From the NCBI GenBank assembly GCA_963835575.1, contig CAWIGG010000002.1, positions 672,001 to 736,000 of the forward strand: a DNA stretch of 64,000 nt. Direction: 5' to 3'. A program made the translations under genes and the position numbers. The DNA comes from an uncultured Spirochaetota bacterium (lineage in GTDB: Bacteria > Spirochaetota > Brevinematia > Brevinematales > JAOACQ01). This document shows positions 1-9,121 of this stretch, piece after piece (the stretch's first letter is position 1; the number at the start of each line of letters is the position of its first letter). Below the pieces are notes generated by a model. It was not told the origin of the DNA, ran no database searches, and saw only the letters and a list, made by a program, of their open reading frames with translations.

Positions 1-473
1 CGTATTGAAAAAACATTGTCCTTTCCGGGCTTGATTAATTGTGAGGGGATTTCGTAGATACGGATTTTGTCATAGGCATGGCTTTTATTGTTCTCAAATG
101 ATCCTTCTTTGCCGATAAGGATGCCGTTGAAGTAGGTTTCATCAATATCAGAGATCATGCCCAGGTTTATTCCCAAAGATCTTTCCGGAATCTCATTCGG
201 GAACTGAACATGAATTCTGTACCAGCAGGTCCCGTTCCAGCCTGGAAAAGCCGTCTCCTGCCATTTAGACGGCACATACACTCTTTTCCACAGACTGTCG
301 TTATAAGCGGGTTTTTTGTATTCGGGAGAATCCCCTTTCTCTATCAAAACTATATTGCTGTTATTCATTATTACCGTATTCTGGTAGTTAGAGAGGACAA
401 AATAAGACGTATTTCCAGACAGAAAAGTCCTGCAAAAAAATAAAAAAAGAAATAAAGATATAAAACGCTTCAA
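1..473 (-). CDS. 5' part of an exported or membrane protein with a galactose-binding-like (GH2 N-terminal-type) sugar-binding domain; runs off the window
   Basis: Not in the ORF track. Manual translation from TTG at 473: MKRFISLFLFLFFCRTF...DSLWKRVYVPSKW...GTCWYRIHV...LGMISDIDETYFNGILIG...RIYEIPSQLIKPGKDNVFSI; purine-rich RBS-like AAGGGGG upstream. Confidence 0.7.
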   Translation of the reverse strand, partial: MKRFISLFLFLFFCRTFLSGNTSYFVLSNYQNTVIMNNSNIVLIEKGDSPEYKKPAYNDSLWKRVYVPSKWQETAFPGWNGTCWYRIHVQFPNEIPERSLGINLGMISDIDETYFNGILIGKEGSFENNKSHAYDKIRIYEIPSQLIKPGKDNVFSI

Positions 474-690
474 AAGGCCCCCTTAAAAGAAATAGTTTTA
501 TATTGTAAAATCACATTGCCGAAATGACAATAAATATTCTTTAGTATATAATATGAGATAATTGTTTTACTTTAAGAGCTTAATTTACAGCCGGATTGAA
601 AAATTATATTGGACAGAATGAAAAACGGCCTTAGAGCGAATTAATTATATCACTTAATTATGAATTTTCAAAATATGTAAAGGCTTGATT

Positions 691-1659
691 ATGATTAAAA
701 TTATATTGATGACTTTACTTTTCTGCTTATCATCTTTTACAATGGGCATTGCTGAAATCCAGTATTATCTCTATCCGTTGAAGATAAGCGATATCGACGA
801 GGATTCCGAAACAATAAAATATATAACTAATTTTCATGCCTGGTTTTCTTCGGAATTGTCCAATTATTCTTTTACGCCTGCCGGCACAACGAATGATGCC
901 CGGGTTATTATTAAGGGATTTTCTTTTTATTTTGAAGAGCGGGTCATATTTCATATCAATGTATATGACCGTATTTCCAACAGGATGTTATTCGAGGATG
1001 AAACATACACTTCGCAATATGACAGCGAGTCCGGGATAAAAAAAGCGGTCAGCGGCCTGGCGGAACGGTTCCCCAAAAAGTGGAATGGAGAGAAACTGGA
1101 TGTCTATTCGGAGTACGTTTTTACGGAAAGTCAGGATTCAAACACAGTTCAGACAAACGAAGCCCTGCCCGGCCTGCAGAGCATACAATTTGTATCCCTG
1201 GCCGATTTGAACTATTTCTATCCTCAAGGGCTGGAAATCGGGGTCCTGGATGTTTTTATGGTATGGCTGAGGCAGGATAATAAATTCGGCATCGGATTGG
1301 GCAGCAAGCTGATTGATCTTTATGTCAATATGCCTGGCTATACAAACAATGCGGGCACTTTTTTACCGCTCATGATCATAGTTCCTCTATATTATGAAAA
1401 TGAGGCGGATAAAATAAATGATTTTTATGCTGTTTTCCAGTGGGCATGGTATAAACCGCTTCAGATCTCAGATAGCGCGACCAATACCAATATGAACAAT
1501 TTTGTCCAGAATCCTTTGAATTATATTGATTTAAGGTTGACCTATTATTTTCTCTCATTCGCCTCCGTTTCCTGCGGCGCGTCTTATTTCTATGACACGG
1601 GAAAGTATTATTTTTATATCGGGGCTTCAATTTATCTGGGCTATTACAAGAAAGAATAA
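691..1659 (+). CDS. Hypothetical exported protein, possibly with a C-terminal beta-barrel-like region
   Basis: Signal-peptide-like N-terminus; aromatic alternating strands at the C-terminus (YFYIGASIYLGY). Confidence 0.6.
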   Translation: MIKIILMTLLFCLSSFTMGIAEIQYYLYPLKISDIDEDSETIKYITNFHAWFSSELSNYSFTPAGTTNDARVIIKGFSFYFEERVIFHINVYDRISNRMLFEDETYTSQYDSESGIKKAVSGLAERFPKKWNGEKLDVYSEYVFTESQDSNTVQTNEALPGLQSIQFVSLADLNYFYPQGLEIGVLDVFMVWLRQDNKFGIGLGSKLIDLYVNMPGYTNNAGTFLPLMIIVPLYYENEADKINDFYAVFQWAWYKPLQISDSATNTNMNNFVQNPLNYIDLRLTYYFLSFASVSCGASYFYDTGKYYFYIGASIYLGYYKKE

Positions 1660-1677
1660 AGAATCGGGAGATTTGTA

Positions 1678-3846
1678 ATGAATATATATTCCCTGCTTTC
1701 ATTTCTGGCCTTTATTATAAATATTCAAATGGCATATTATGTTTATAAGCTGAATCCCAGATCAAAATTAAACACTTCTTTTTTATTTTCTTCTTTTACC
1801 AACGCGCTGATTGATCTGGCCTTTGTTTTTTACTATTCGGCGGAAAGTAAAGAATTGGCCCGGTTATGGTATTTGATCTCTTCCGTCTGCTGGTTCCCTC
1901 TTTCTTCCATAGCGCTCCATTTTATAATCAGATTGACCCTGCGTCAGAAAAATATTTCACGCTGGCTGTTTGCCCTTATATACCTGCCTGGAGTCGTATT
2001 TGTTATCAAAGCTTTATTCAAGATGTTTTTTGCAGAGGATTTTATTTTTAATTACGGGTCATGGCATACGGTCCTTTATACAAGTTCGCCATGGTTCTGG
2101 ATCTATATCATTTATATTACTGTGGTTATTACAACAGGCCTGATTTTATTGATATACTGGAAAAACACGACAGGAGTGGAGCTTGAAAAAAAACAGGCGG
2201 ACACTATTATTAAAACCTCAAGTGTTGTTTTCCCGGCGATACTATTGACAAATGTGATACTCCCTTATTTGAAAATTTATATCATACCTGAAACAGGGCA
2301 TATTTTATACCTGTTTTTTCTTATAGGGATAGTATATGCTATTGTACATTACAAGTTTATGGTGCCGTCTTTTGCGGAGGAAAATGTACTTGATATGCTG
2401 AGCGATTTGCTGATCATGGTGGACTTTAACGCGAAAATATTAAAAATAAATCAGGCCGTGGAAAGATTGCTGGAATATAAGGAAAGTGAAATAATAGGGA
2501 AACCGATAGAAACAGTTATTGTTGAGTCGGATAAGATACATGAGGATATTAATAAAATAAAAGATGAAGTTCATTTTTCAAAACCTTATGAGCTTAATTA
2601 CCGCTCAAAAAAAGGCAGTATTATTCCGGTGACAATCTCCGGGTCTTTAATCAAGGATACGGAAGGGCACAACTTCGGCTGTGTTTTCATCGGGCATGAT
2701 TTAAGGCAGAATAAAGAGCTTCATCTGGAAACAGCCCGCCGTCTGCAGGCGGAAGAAAACGAAAAACGCTATACTCAGAAGATATTATTTTTATCAAAAG
2801 CGGCCTTTTCAATGATTGAGTTATCGCCGGAGGAAGATCTGTACAATTATATCGCCCAGAAGATTTATGAACTGGCGGGCGATTGTTTTGTTTTTGTCAG
2901 CAAGTTTCATCATGTTTACCAGGGCGCTCAGATAAGGGCTTTTACGGGAAGCCCTGAAAACATCTTAAAATTCAATAAAATTCTGGGAAGCACCCCCATA
3001 GGTCTTTTTTTTAAGCTTGATCAGGATCAAAAATCGCTTCTGGACAGCGGCAGGATCATCGAAATGCCGGCAGGCCTCTATAACATGTCGTCAGGAATGA
3101 TCCCCATAGATCTCTGTGAACAGCTGGAACACACTTTTCAATTAGGGAACAGGTACAGCATAGGTTTTGTAAAAAAAGGGGATTTTTTTGGGACCGCGGA
3201 AATCCTCATGTGCCAGAAATCGGCGCTGGAAAACCAGCTGGTAATTGAGACGTTTGTCCGTCAGGGAATTTTGGCCATTGCCAATAAAGAATCTGAAAGA
3301 AAAGAAATTCTTTCTTCAAAAAGTTTCCAATTTCTTCTGAATAGTTTGAAAGAATTGACTGAATCAGTAAAAATAGAAGAACTTTATGGAATTATTTCAG
3401 ACAGATTGCTTAATTTTGTTTTTGATTCTATGATATTAATTATACTTTATGATAAGAAAAAAGAAGTTATGCGGATTGATTCTATTAATGGAAATGAAAA
3501 ATACATACAGGCTTTGCATAAAATCCTAAAAAAAGATATTAACGGCTTAAAGATTAAAATGGATCAAAACAGCGTCCGGGAAATAATGGATGATGGTCTT
3601 GTCCATTTAAAGGGCGGGTTATTCGAACTGACAAATGCTATGATAACCCAGCATGAATCGGGTTTGGTGGAAAAAATGCTGGACCTCAGGAATGTTTATA
3701 GGATGGCTTTAAAAAAAAGCGGAAATTTAATCGGGCTGGTGGCGATTATGACAAGGAATTCCATCAATATCAATACCCGCCATGTGGTTGAGATATTTAT
3801 TCATCAGGCTTCTCTGTCTTTTTGTCTGCCAAAGAAAAAGCTGTAA
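1678..3846 (+). CDS. 7TM (HisKA_7TM-like) sensor + PAS + two GAF-like repeats, no kinase or output domain
   Basis: ~7 hydrophobic helices in the first 225 aa; PAS (DLLIMVDFNAKILKINQAVERLLEY...GHDL); duplicated C-terminal module. Confidence 0.7.
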   Translation: MNIYSLLSFLAFIINIQMAYYVYKLNPRSKLNTSFLFSSFTNALIDLAFVFYYSAESKELARLWYLISSVCWFPLSSIALHFIIRLTLRQKNISRWLFALIYLPGVVFVIKALFKMFFAEDFIFNYGSWHTVLYTSSPWFWIYIIYITVVITTGLILLIYWKNTTGVELEKKQADTIIKTSSVVFPAILLTNVILPYLKIYIIPETGHILYLFFLIGIVYAIVHYKFMVPSFAEENVLDMLSDLLIMVDFNAKILKINQAVERLLEYKESEIIGKPIETVIVESDKIHEDINKIKDEVHFSKPYELNYRSKKGSIIPVTISGSLIKDTEGHNFGCVFIGHDLRQNKELHLETARRLQAEENEKRYTQKILFLSKAAFSMIELSPEEDLYNYIAQKIYELAGDCFVFVSKFHHVYQGAQIRAFTGSPENILKFNKILGSTPIGLFFKLDQDQKSLLDSGRIIEMPAGLYNMSSGMIPIDLCEQLEHTFQLGNRYSIGFVKKGDFFGTAEILMCQKSALENQLVIETFVRQGILAIANKESERKEILSSKSFQFLLNSLKELTESVKIEELYGIISDRLLNFVFDSMILIILYDKKKEVMRIDSINGNEKYIQALHKILKKDINGLKIKMDQNSVREIMDDGLVHLKGGLFELTNAMITQHESGLVEKMLDLRNVYRMALKKSGNLIGLVAIMTRNSININTRHVVEIFIHQASLSFCLPKKKL

Positions 3847-3872
3847 GAAAGATTTATTAATTTGGAGGGTTT

Positions 3873-4415
3873 ATGAAAAAGATCCGGCTGTATTTGTTAA
3901 TACTTTTATTGGCGTCGGTAACAGCAACATGCTTTAGTGCGCAGAAAAATAAAATGAATGCTTCAAAAGAAATTAAGTACACCAGTTCCTTAACTGCCGG
4001 GGATATGTCGATTTCCTGGTCGGTAAAAGGGAAAAATCTTTTTGTTCAATTAACAGCCCCGACAACGGGCTGGGTTTCCGTCGGTTTTGATCCGGAGAAA
4101 ATAATGAAGGGGGCCAATTTTATTATTGGCTATGTATCTAATAATACTGCGGTTATTGAAGACCAATACGGTGTTGATTTATTTATACACAAAAAAGATA
4201 CAGAGTTAGGCGGAAAAGATAATGTGGAAAATAAAAAAGGTAAAGTTGAAAACGGCAGGACAGAAATCAGCTTTTCCATTCCGCTTGACTCAAAAGATCC
4301 TTATGACAAAAAACTTGAGAAAGGAAAGGAATATAAGGTTATTCTGGCTTACGGACCTGATTATGATATGACCAAACATCATGTGAAAAGATATACTGTA
4401 AAAATAAAAATATAA
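3873..4415 (+). CDS. Exported DOMON-domain protein
   Basis: LTAPTTGWVSVGF...MKGANFIIGYV...TEISFSIPL...H; GGAGG RBS. Confidence 0.8.
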   Translation: MKKIRLYLLILLLASVTATCFSAQKNKMNASKEIKYTSSLTAGDMSISWSVKGKNLFVQLTAPTTGWVSVGFDPEKIMKGANFIIGYVSNNTAVIEDQYGVDLFIHKKDTELGGKDNVENKKGKVENGRTEISFSIPLDSKDPYDKKLEKGKEYKVILAYGPDYDMTKHHVKRYTVKIKI

Positions 4416-4490
4416 ATGGAAGAGCCGGGCAGATGACAGTCAACAGTTATACATGCCCGATTTATCTGTTGACTTTATGAGAGCGCGCTG

Positions 4491-6188
4491 ATGATTGAAA
4501 AGGAATTTAAATGGAACCTGGATAAGCTTTTTGATATTAATTTTTTGATAAATAACCTCTCTGACAGGCTTAATAACAAAATAGAATTTAATGAGGCTGC
4601 AGAAAAAGAATATCAAGACCGGTATTATGACACAAAACAGCTTGTGCTATATCTTTCCGGCTTCAGCTGCCGCGTCAGAACAACAGATAAGATATGTCTT
4701 GAAATAAAATTTCAGCCGAAAAAAACAAAAAATTCATTCTGGCAGAGGAATGAATGGTTAATTGATAAGAAGGCTATAAAAGAAAAATTTGTATACCGGT
4801 TTGAAGAAAAAAAGGTCAGGGATTTCTTTTTAGAAGAGTTTAATTATCTTATTCCCGGGAAACTGGCTCCGGTTTTAATCATAAAAAGCGATAGAAAAAA
4901 ATATGAGATAAAATACAAAAGCATTCTTGCCGAACTGTCATTCGACAAGTCCGCGGCTTCTTTATTAATTCCTTTCAATTCTAGCAAAAAAAAAGGAAAT
5001 TATCATTTTAATGAACTGGAACTTGAACTTTTAAGAGGAAAAGATGCCTCGGATAAAGATTTTATCGAACTGGGAGAAATTATTTCTGAAATTACAGGAT
5101 TGGAAAACTCTTTAAAGAATAAACTGGAAAAAGCGCTGACATATTTTAATCTGAATTTAAAAAAATTTCCGCGGTTTGAATTAAATAATAATGAAATGAC
5201 CTCTCAAGCGGTAAAAAAAATCATTTCTTATTATTTAAAAACAGCGGAACAGAATAAATACGGCGTGGAAATAGGTCTGGACAGCGAGTATGTGCATGAT
5301 ATGCGCGTCGCTATACGGAAAATCAGGACAGCCCTCCCCATTTTCCGCTATACAATGACGCTGGATGGTTTTATGTATTTAAGGAACAATTTCAAGTGGA
5401 TCGCGGATTCCCTGGGCAAAGTCAGGGATATTGATGTGTTTTCCGACAAAATAATAGATATGATACCTTCCGTCATCCGTGAAAGAAACGCCGATTTGCT
5501 GGAAATTATTGAAAAGGAGATTTTAAAATTACATGAAGAGAACCATATAAAAATGCTGAATTGCCTTAATTCATACCGTTATAAGCATTTTATTTATAAA
5601 CTGAAAGATATGCTCGCTCATAACTTTCTGCGGTCCGATTTTCAAAGTATTGCCCGCCTTCCCATAAAAACCGTCATGAATGAAAATTTAATGAAATTCT
5701 ATAGAGATGTTTTTAAATACTCCAAACGTTTTTTTCAGAATTCCGGCAGTATGAAAGATACGGCGATTCATAAATTGCGGATCCGTTTTAAAAGATTGCG
5801 GTATTCATTGGAATTTTTTTCATCTTTATTAACTGATAAAACAAAAAAAATAGCGCAATTTCTTCCATTGATACAGGATGCGCTGGGAAATTATGTGGAT
5901 ACTTTTTTTATAGCTGAGCTGATAGCAGAGCTGGCGGACCGCATCGGAAAAATAGATCCGGCAAGAAACAGCCTGTTTATTCTCAATGGAATATCAGCAG
6001 CTATTACCGGCTTAAAAAATAATCTTAAACGGCAAATATTCAGTGAGCTGAAAAAGATAATGGAATCCCGGGAACTGATGGATTTTCAAGAAGAAATTAG
6101 TATTAATGTCAGTTCTAAAAATAAGGTATTTGGAACGGCCGATAAAAATCCTTTACCATATAATTTTGATATTGAAAAGAATAAATAA
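4491..6188 (+). CDS. CYTH + CHAD domain protein (triphosphate tunnel metalloenzyme fused to a polyphosphate-binding CHAD domain)
   Basis: IEKEFK, DRYYDT, ELELEL (CYTH); VHDMRVAIRKIRT, LGKVRDIDV, HKLRIRFKRLRYSLEFF, QDALG (CHAD). Confidence 0.85.
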   Translation: MIEKEFKWNLDKLFDINFLINNLSDRLNNKIEFNEAAEKEYQDRYYDTKQLVLYLSGFSCRVRTTDKICLEIKFQPKKTKNSFWQRNEWLIDKKAIKEKFVYRFEEKKVRDFFLEEFNYLIPGKLAPVLIIKSDRKKYEIKYKSILAELSFDKSAASLLIPFNSSKKKGNYHFNELELELLRGKDASDKDFIELGEIISEITGLENSLKNKLEKALTYFNLNLKKFPRFELNNNEMTSQAVKKIISYYLKTAEQNKYGVEIGLDSEYVHDMRVAIRKIRTALPIFRYTMTLDGFMYLRNNFKWIADSLGKVRDIDVFSDKIIDMIPSVIRERNADLLEIIEKEILKLHEENHIKMLNCLNSYRYKHFIYKLKDMLAHNFLRSDFQSIARLPIKTVMNENLMKFYRDVFKYSKRFFQNSGSMKDTAIHKLRIRFKRLRYSLEFFSSLLTDKTKKIAQFLPLIQDALGNYVDTFFIAELIAELADRIGKIDPARNSLFILNGISAAITGLKNNLKRQIFSELKKIMESRELMDFQEEISINVSSKNKVFGTADKNPLPYNFDIEKNK

Positions 6189-6215
6189 GGGGCTTCATTT
6201 ACTGAAGCCCCCTTT
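6188..6215 (+). terminator. Intrinsic terminator hairpin
   Basis: GGGGCTTCA-loop-TGAAGCCCC followed by CTTT immediately after the stop codon. Confidence 0.65.
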
Positions 6216-6432
6216 GTATAAAAGAGATCTGGAGGAAACCAGATCCAACGGCTGTATTTATTTAAGCAATTAAAATGCCAGTTTAACATAAAAGATGTAA
6301 AATTCATTCATTTTAATGTATTTTACAGTATGGTTTGGAAATAGAAATATTGATGAGTGTAAAATAATAATCAGTTGTTTTAATAGAATTGATTATTAAT
6401 TCATCACTTGGAAAAAATTTGGTTATCAAATA

Positions 6433-6464
6433 GGCAGTTCTAAAAACTTGGTTTTTGAATTGGC
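6433..6464. repeat. Short palindromic element GGCAGTTCTAAAAAC...GTTTTTGAATTGGC (MITE/REP-like family)
   Basis: Same arms recur at 6108, 39779 and 54917. Confidence 0.6.
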
Positions 6465-6550
6465 AGATAATATAAAATATAATGAATTTGCTGGCTTTAT
6501 TTTTAGTTTTATTTATAATTATAGAGAAAGTTTATTAATAAGGAACCAGA

Positions 6551-9052
6551 ATGGCTCAAAAGAAAAATGATATTGATGGTATACGCCGGCTTTTTACTAT
6601 AGGAGTTTTAGTTGATTGGATTAACACGTCATATCATATGGAAATAATGTCCGGAATTTATGATTTTATAAAGGAGAATGACCTTAATTTAATCAGTTTT
6701 GTCAGCGGCCGCTTTGAATCGCCTCATGGATGGGAAAAAAATCAAAATATCATAGCCAGTTTTATCGACAACGATAAAATAGACGGGCTCATTCTGTTCA
6801 GTACAGCCGGAAATATTGTTGGCAAAGATTACATGATAAATCTGACAAAGAAGTTCAAAGACATACCTATAATAACTATCAGCGATCAGCTGCCCGGCCA
6901 TTCAGCTGTACTGCTTGATAATAAAAAAGGCATGACTGAAATTGTGGAACATATGGTTTCTTTTCATGGATATAAAAGACTCGTATTCATAAGAGGGCCT
7001 CAGGATAATGAAGAGGCCCAGGTCAGGTATAAAGTTTATCAGGATGTTCTTAAAAAAAATGGGCTGCCGCTTGATCCCAATTTAATTTTTAATGGAGACT
7101 ATAATTATTCTTCAGGCAAGGAAGCAATGAAAACTCTTCTGGATAAGCCTCATGCGCAGTTTGACGCTATTGTGGCATCAAATGATAATATGGCTCTGGG
7201 AGCTCTGGAAGAATTGAGAGTCCGCGGATATTTCGCTTCAGACAGCATTCCGATCATCGGGTTTGATGATTCGGATGCCAGCGCCGAAGCTAATTTGACA
7301 ACAAGCAAACAGCCTCTTTATGAAGAGGGGTATCAGGCGGCCCAGATTTTATTACAGGAAATATCGGATAAAAAAGCCCCGCAGATTGTCAAGCTGCCTT
7401 CTTCGCTTGTTATCAGGGAATCATGCGGCTGTTATTCAAGCACGATAACATCGGCTATAACGGCGACATATTCTATTGAAGAAGCCGCATATAAAGGCGC
7501 TATAGAAGAGAATCAGGATAAAATAATATCAAAAATCCTCAGCTTTGATATAGGATTGAATAGACTAAAAGGAAATTATATTCGAAACTGGATTAAAATT
7601 GCGCTCGCTGCTTTTATTGATGAACTGAAGCAGAAAAAATCCAACTATTTTCTGTCAGAATGGAAAAAAGTGATTACCTGGGCAATGAATGAAAGAATTA
7701 ATTTGACGCTGTTCCAGAATCTATTATCGGTCTTTAGAAGGTCAATAATTCCATATATCTCTGAAAAAGCGGTTCTTTATTATGTCGAGGATTTATTTCA
7801 TGAAGCGAGGATTATGGTCAGCGAGGCAATGCAGAAAAGCGAACTGATGCATAAAATCTTAAATCAAAACCAGATGATGAATCTGAATAACGTCGGTGCC
7901 GAATTATCCACAGAGCTTAATCTGGAAAAACAAATGGATATACTGGCCCATGAAATATTTGAAATCGGTATCAGCACATTTTATCTTTCTCTTTATAAGG
8001 ACCCGTTAAATCCTCTTAATCATTCTAAATTAATCCTCTGCTTTGTAAACGGCAATAGAATAAACCTTGATAAAGAAGGGCTTGTATTCCGGACACTGGA
8101 TATTATTCCATCACTATATTGGCCAAAAGAGGATTATTATCACCTCTGTATTATGGATTTATATCATGGGAATCAGCAGATCGGCTTTTTTATTCTTGAT
8201 TATAAACCTGAAAACGGCGAAATGTATAATATTCTAATGACAAAAATCGGCATAGCCCTGGACGCGGCTATTCTGGTTGAAAAAATACAGAACCAGGCCC
8301 AGTATCTGGAAGAAGAAGTAAAACAGCGGACTAAAGACCTTGTCCGTATCAACTCCCAGCTTCAGATTGAGATAGCCGAGAGAAGAAGAGCTGAGGAAAA
8401 GTTAAGGAGGAGCGAGGAAAAATACAGGGAAATGGCTTTATTTCTTCCGACTATCATTTTTGAAACGGATATTCATATGCAGTTTAATTATATCAATAAA
8501 TCCGGTCTGGAGCTTTTCGGATTAACTGAAGAGGATATAAAAAAGGGGGTTTCATATCTGGATTATATTCCCGCTGAAGACAGGAAGCGTTTTGACGAAT
8601 ACTGCGCCAGGGTTGTGGAAGGCAACCAGATGAGCTTTAATGAGTTCCGCTTATTGAAAAAAGACAGTTCAAAAATAAATTTGCTCGGTAAAGGGACTCC
8701 TATTATAAATGAAAAGGTAATAGACGGGATCCGGTGGAACGCGATAGATATTAAACCTCTGATGGCAAACGCTTTTATGCCGGATGAATCGTTCTTTGAA
8801 AAATTTCCTTTGAGCGCCAGAGAAAAAGAAGTTATGCGCCTGCTGCTTGAAGGGCATAAAAACAGGGAAATAGCCGAAGCGCTTTTTATAACGGAAGCGA
8901 CTGTAAAGGACCACGCGGGCGCTGTGTATGCCAAGCTGAAAATAAAGAACAGGGAAGGATTATTTAATAAAGTAAAAGAATATCAGATCAGCCGGTTCGG
9001 CTACCACTCGTATATCTTTTCATTATTCACCCGCCTTTTAAAAGAGAGTTAA
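6551..9052 (+). CDS. One-component regulator: LacI-type ligand-binding domain + coiled coil + PAS + LuxR HTH
   Basis: DNKKGM...HGYKRLVFIRGP...FDAIVASNDNMALG...IIGFDD; EERRRAEEKLRRSEEKYR; LSAREKEVMRLLLEGHKNREIAEALFITEATVKDH. Confidence 0.85.
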   Translation: MAQKKNDIDGIRRLFTIGVLVDWINTSYHMEIMSGIYDFIKENDLNLISFVSGRFESPHGWEKNQNIIASFIDNDKIDGLILFSTAGNIVGKDYMINLTKKFKDIPIITISDQLPGHSAVLLDNKKGMTEIVEHMVSFHGYKRLVFIRGPQDNEEAQVRYKVYQDVLKKNGLPLDPNLIFNGDYNYSSGKEAMKTLLDKPHAQFDAIVASNDNMALGALEELRVRGYFASDSIPIIGFDDSDASAEANLTTSKQPLYEEGYQAAQILLQEISDKKAPQIVKLPSSLVIRESCGCYSSTITSAITATYSIEEAAYKGAIEENQDKIISKILSFDIGLNRLKGNYIRNWIKIALAAFIDELKQKKSNYFLSEWKKVITWAMNERINLTLFQNLLSVFRRSIIPYISEKAVLYYVEDLFHEARIMVSEAMQKSELMHKILNQNQMMNLNNVGAELSTELNLEKQMDILAHEIFEIGISTFYLSLYKDPLNPLNHSKLILCFVNGNRINLDKEGLVFRTLDIIPSLYWPKEDYYHLCIMDLYHGNQQIGFFILDYKPENGEMYNILMTKIGIALDAAILVEKIQNQAQYLEEEVKQRTKDLVRINSQLQIEIAERRRAEEKLRRSEEKYREMALFLPTIIFETDIHMQFNYINKSGLELFGLTEEDIKKGVSYLDYIPAEDRKRFDEYCARVVEGNQMSFNEFRLLKKDSSKINLLGKGTPIINEKVIDGIRWNAIDIKPLMANAFMPDESFFEKFPLSAREKEVMRLLLEGHKNREIAEALFITEATVKDHAGAVYAKLKIKNREGLFNKVKEYQISRFGYHSYIFSLFTRLLKES

Positions 9053-9121
9053 AAATAACGTTATAGTTTGAAATAAAAAGATCTTCCAATTAAAATGTCA
9101 GGCTCTTAAAAGGAGGATCAT

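Noticed and set aside
210..443. 77-aa plus-strand ORF
   Set aside because: Antisense to the better-supported minus-strand gene starting at 473
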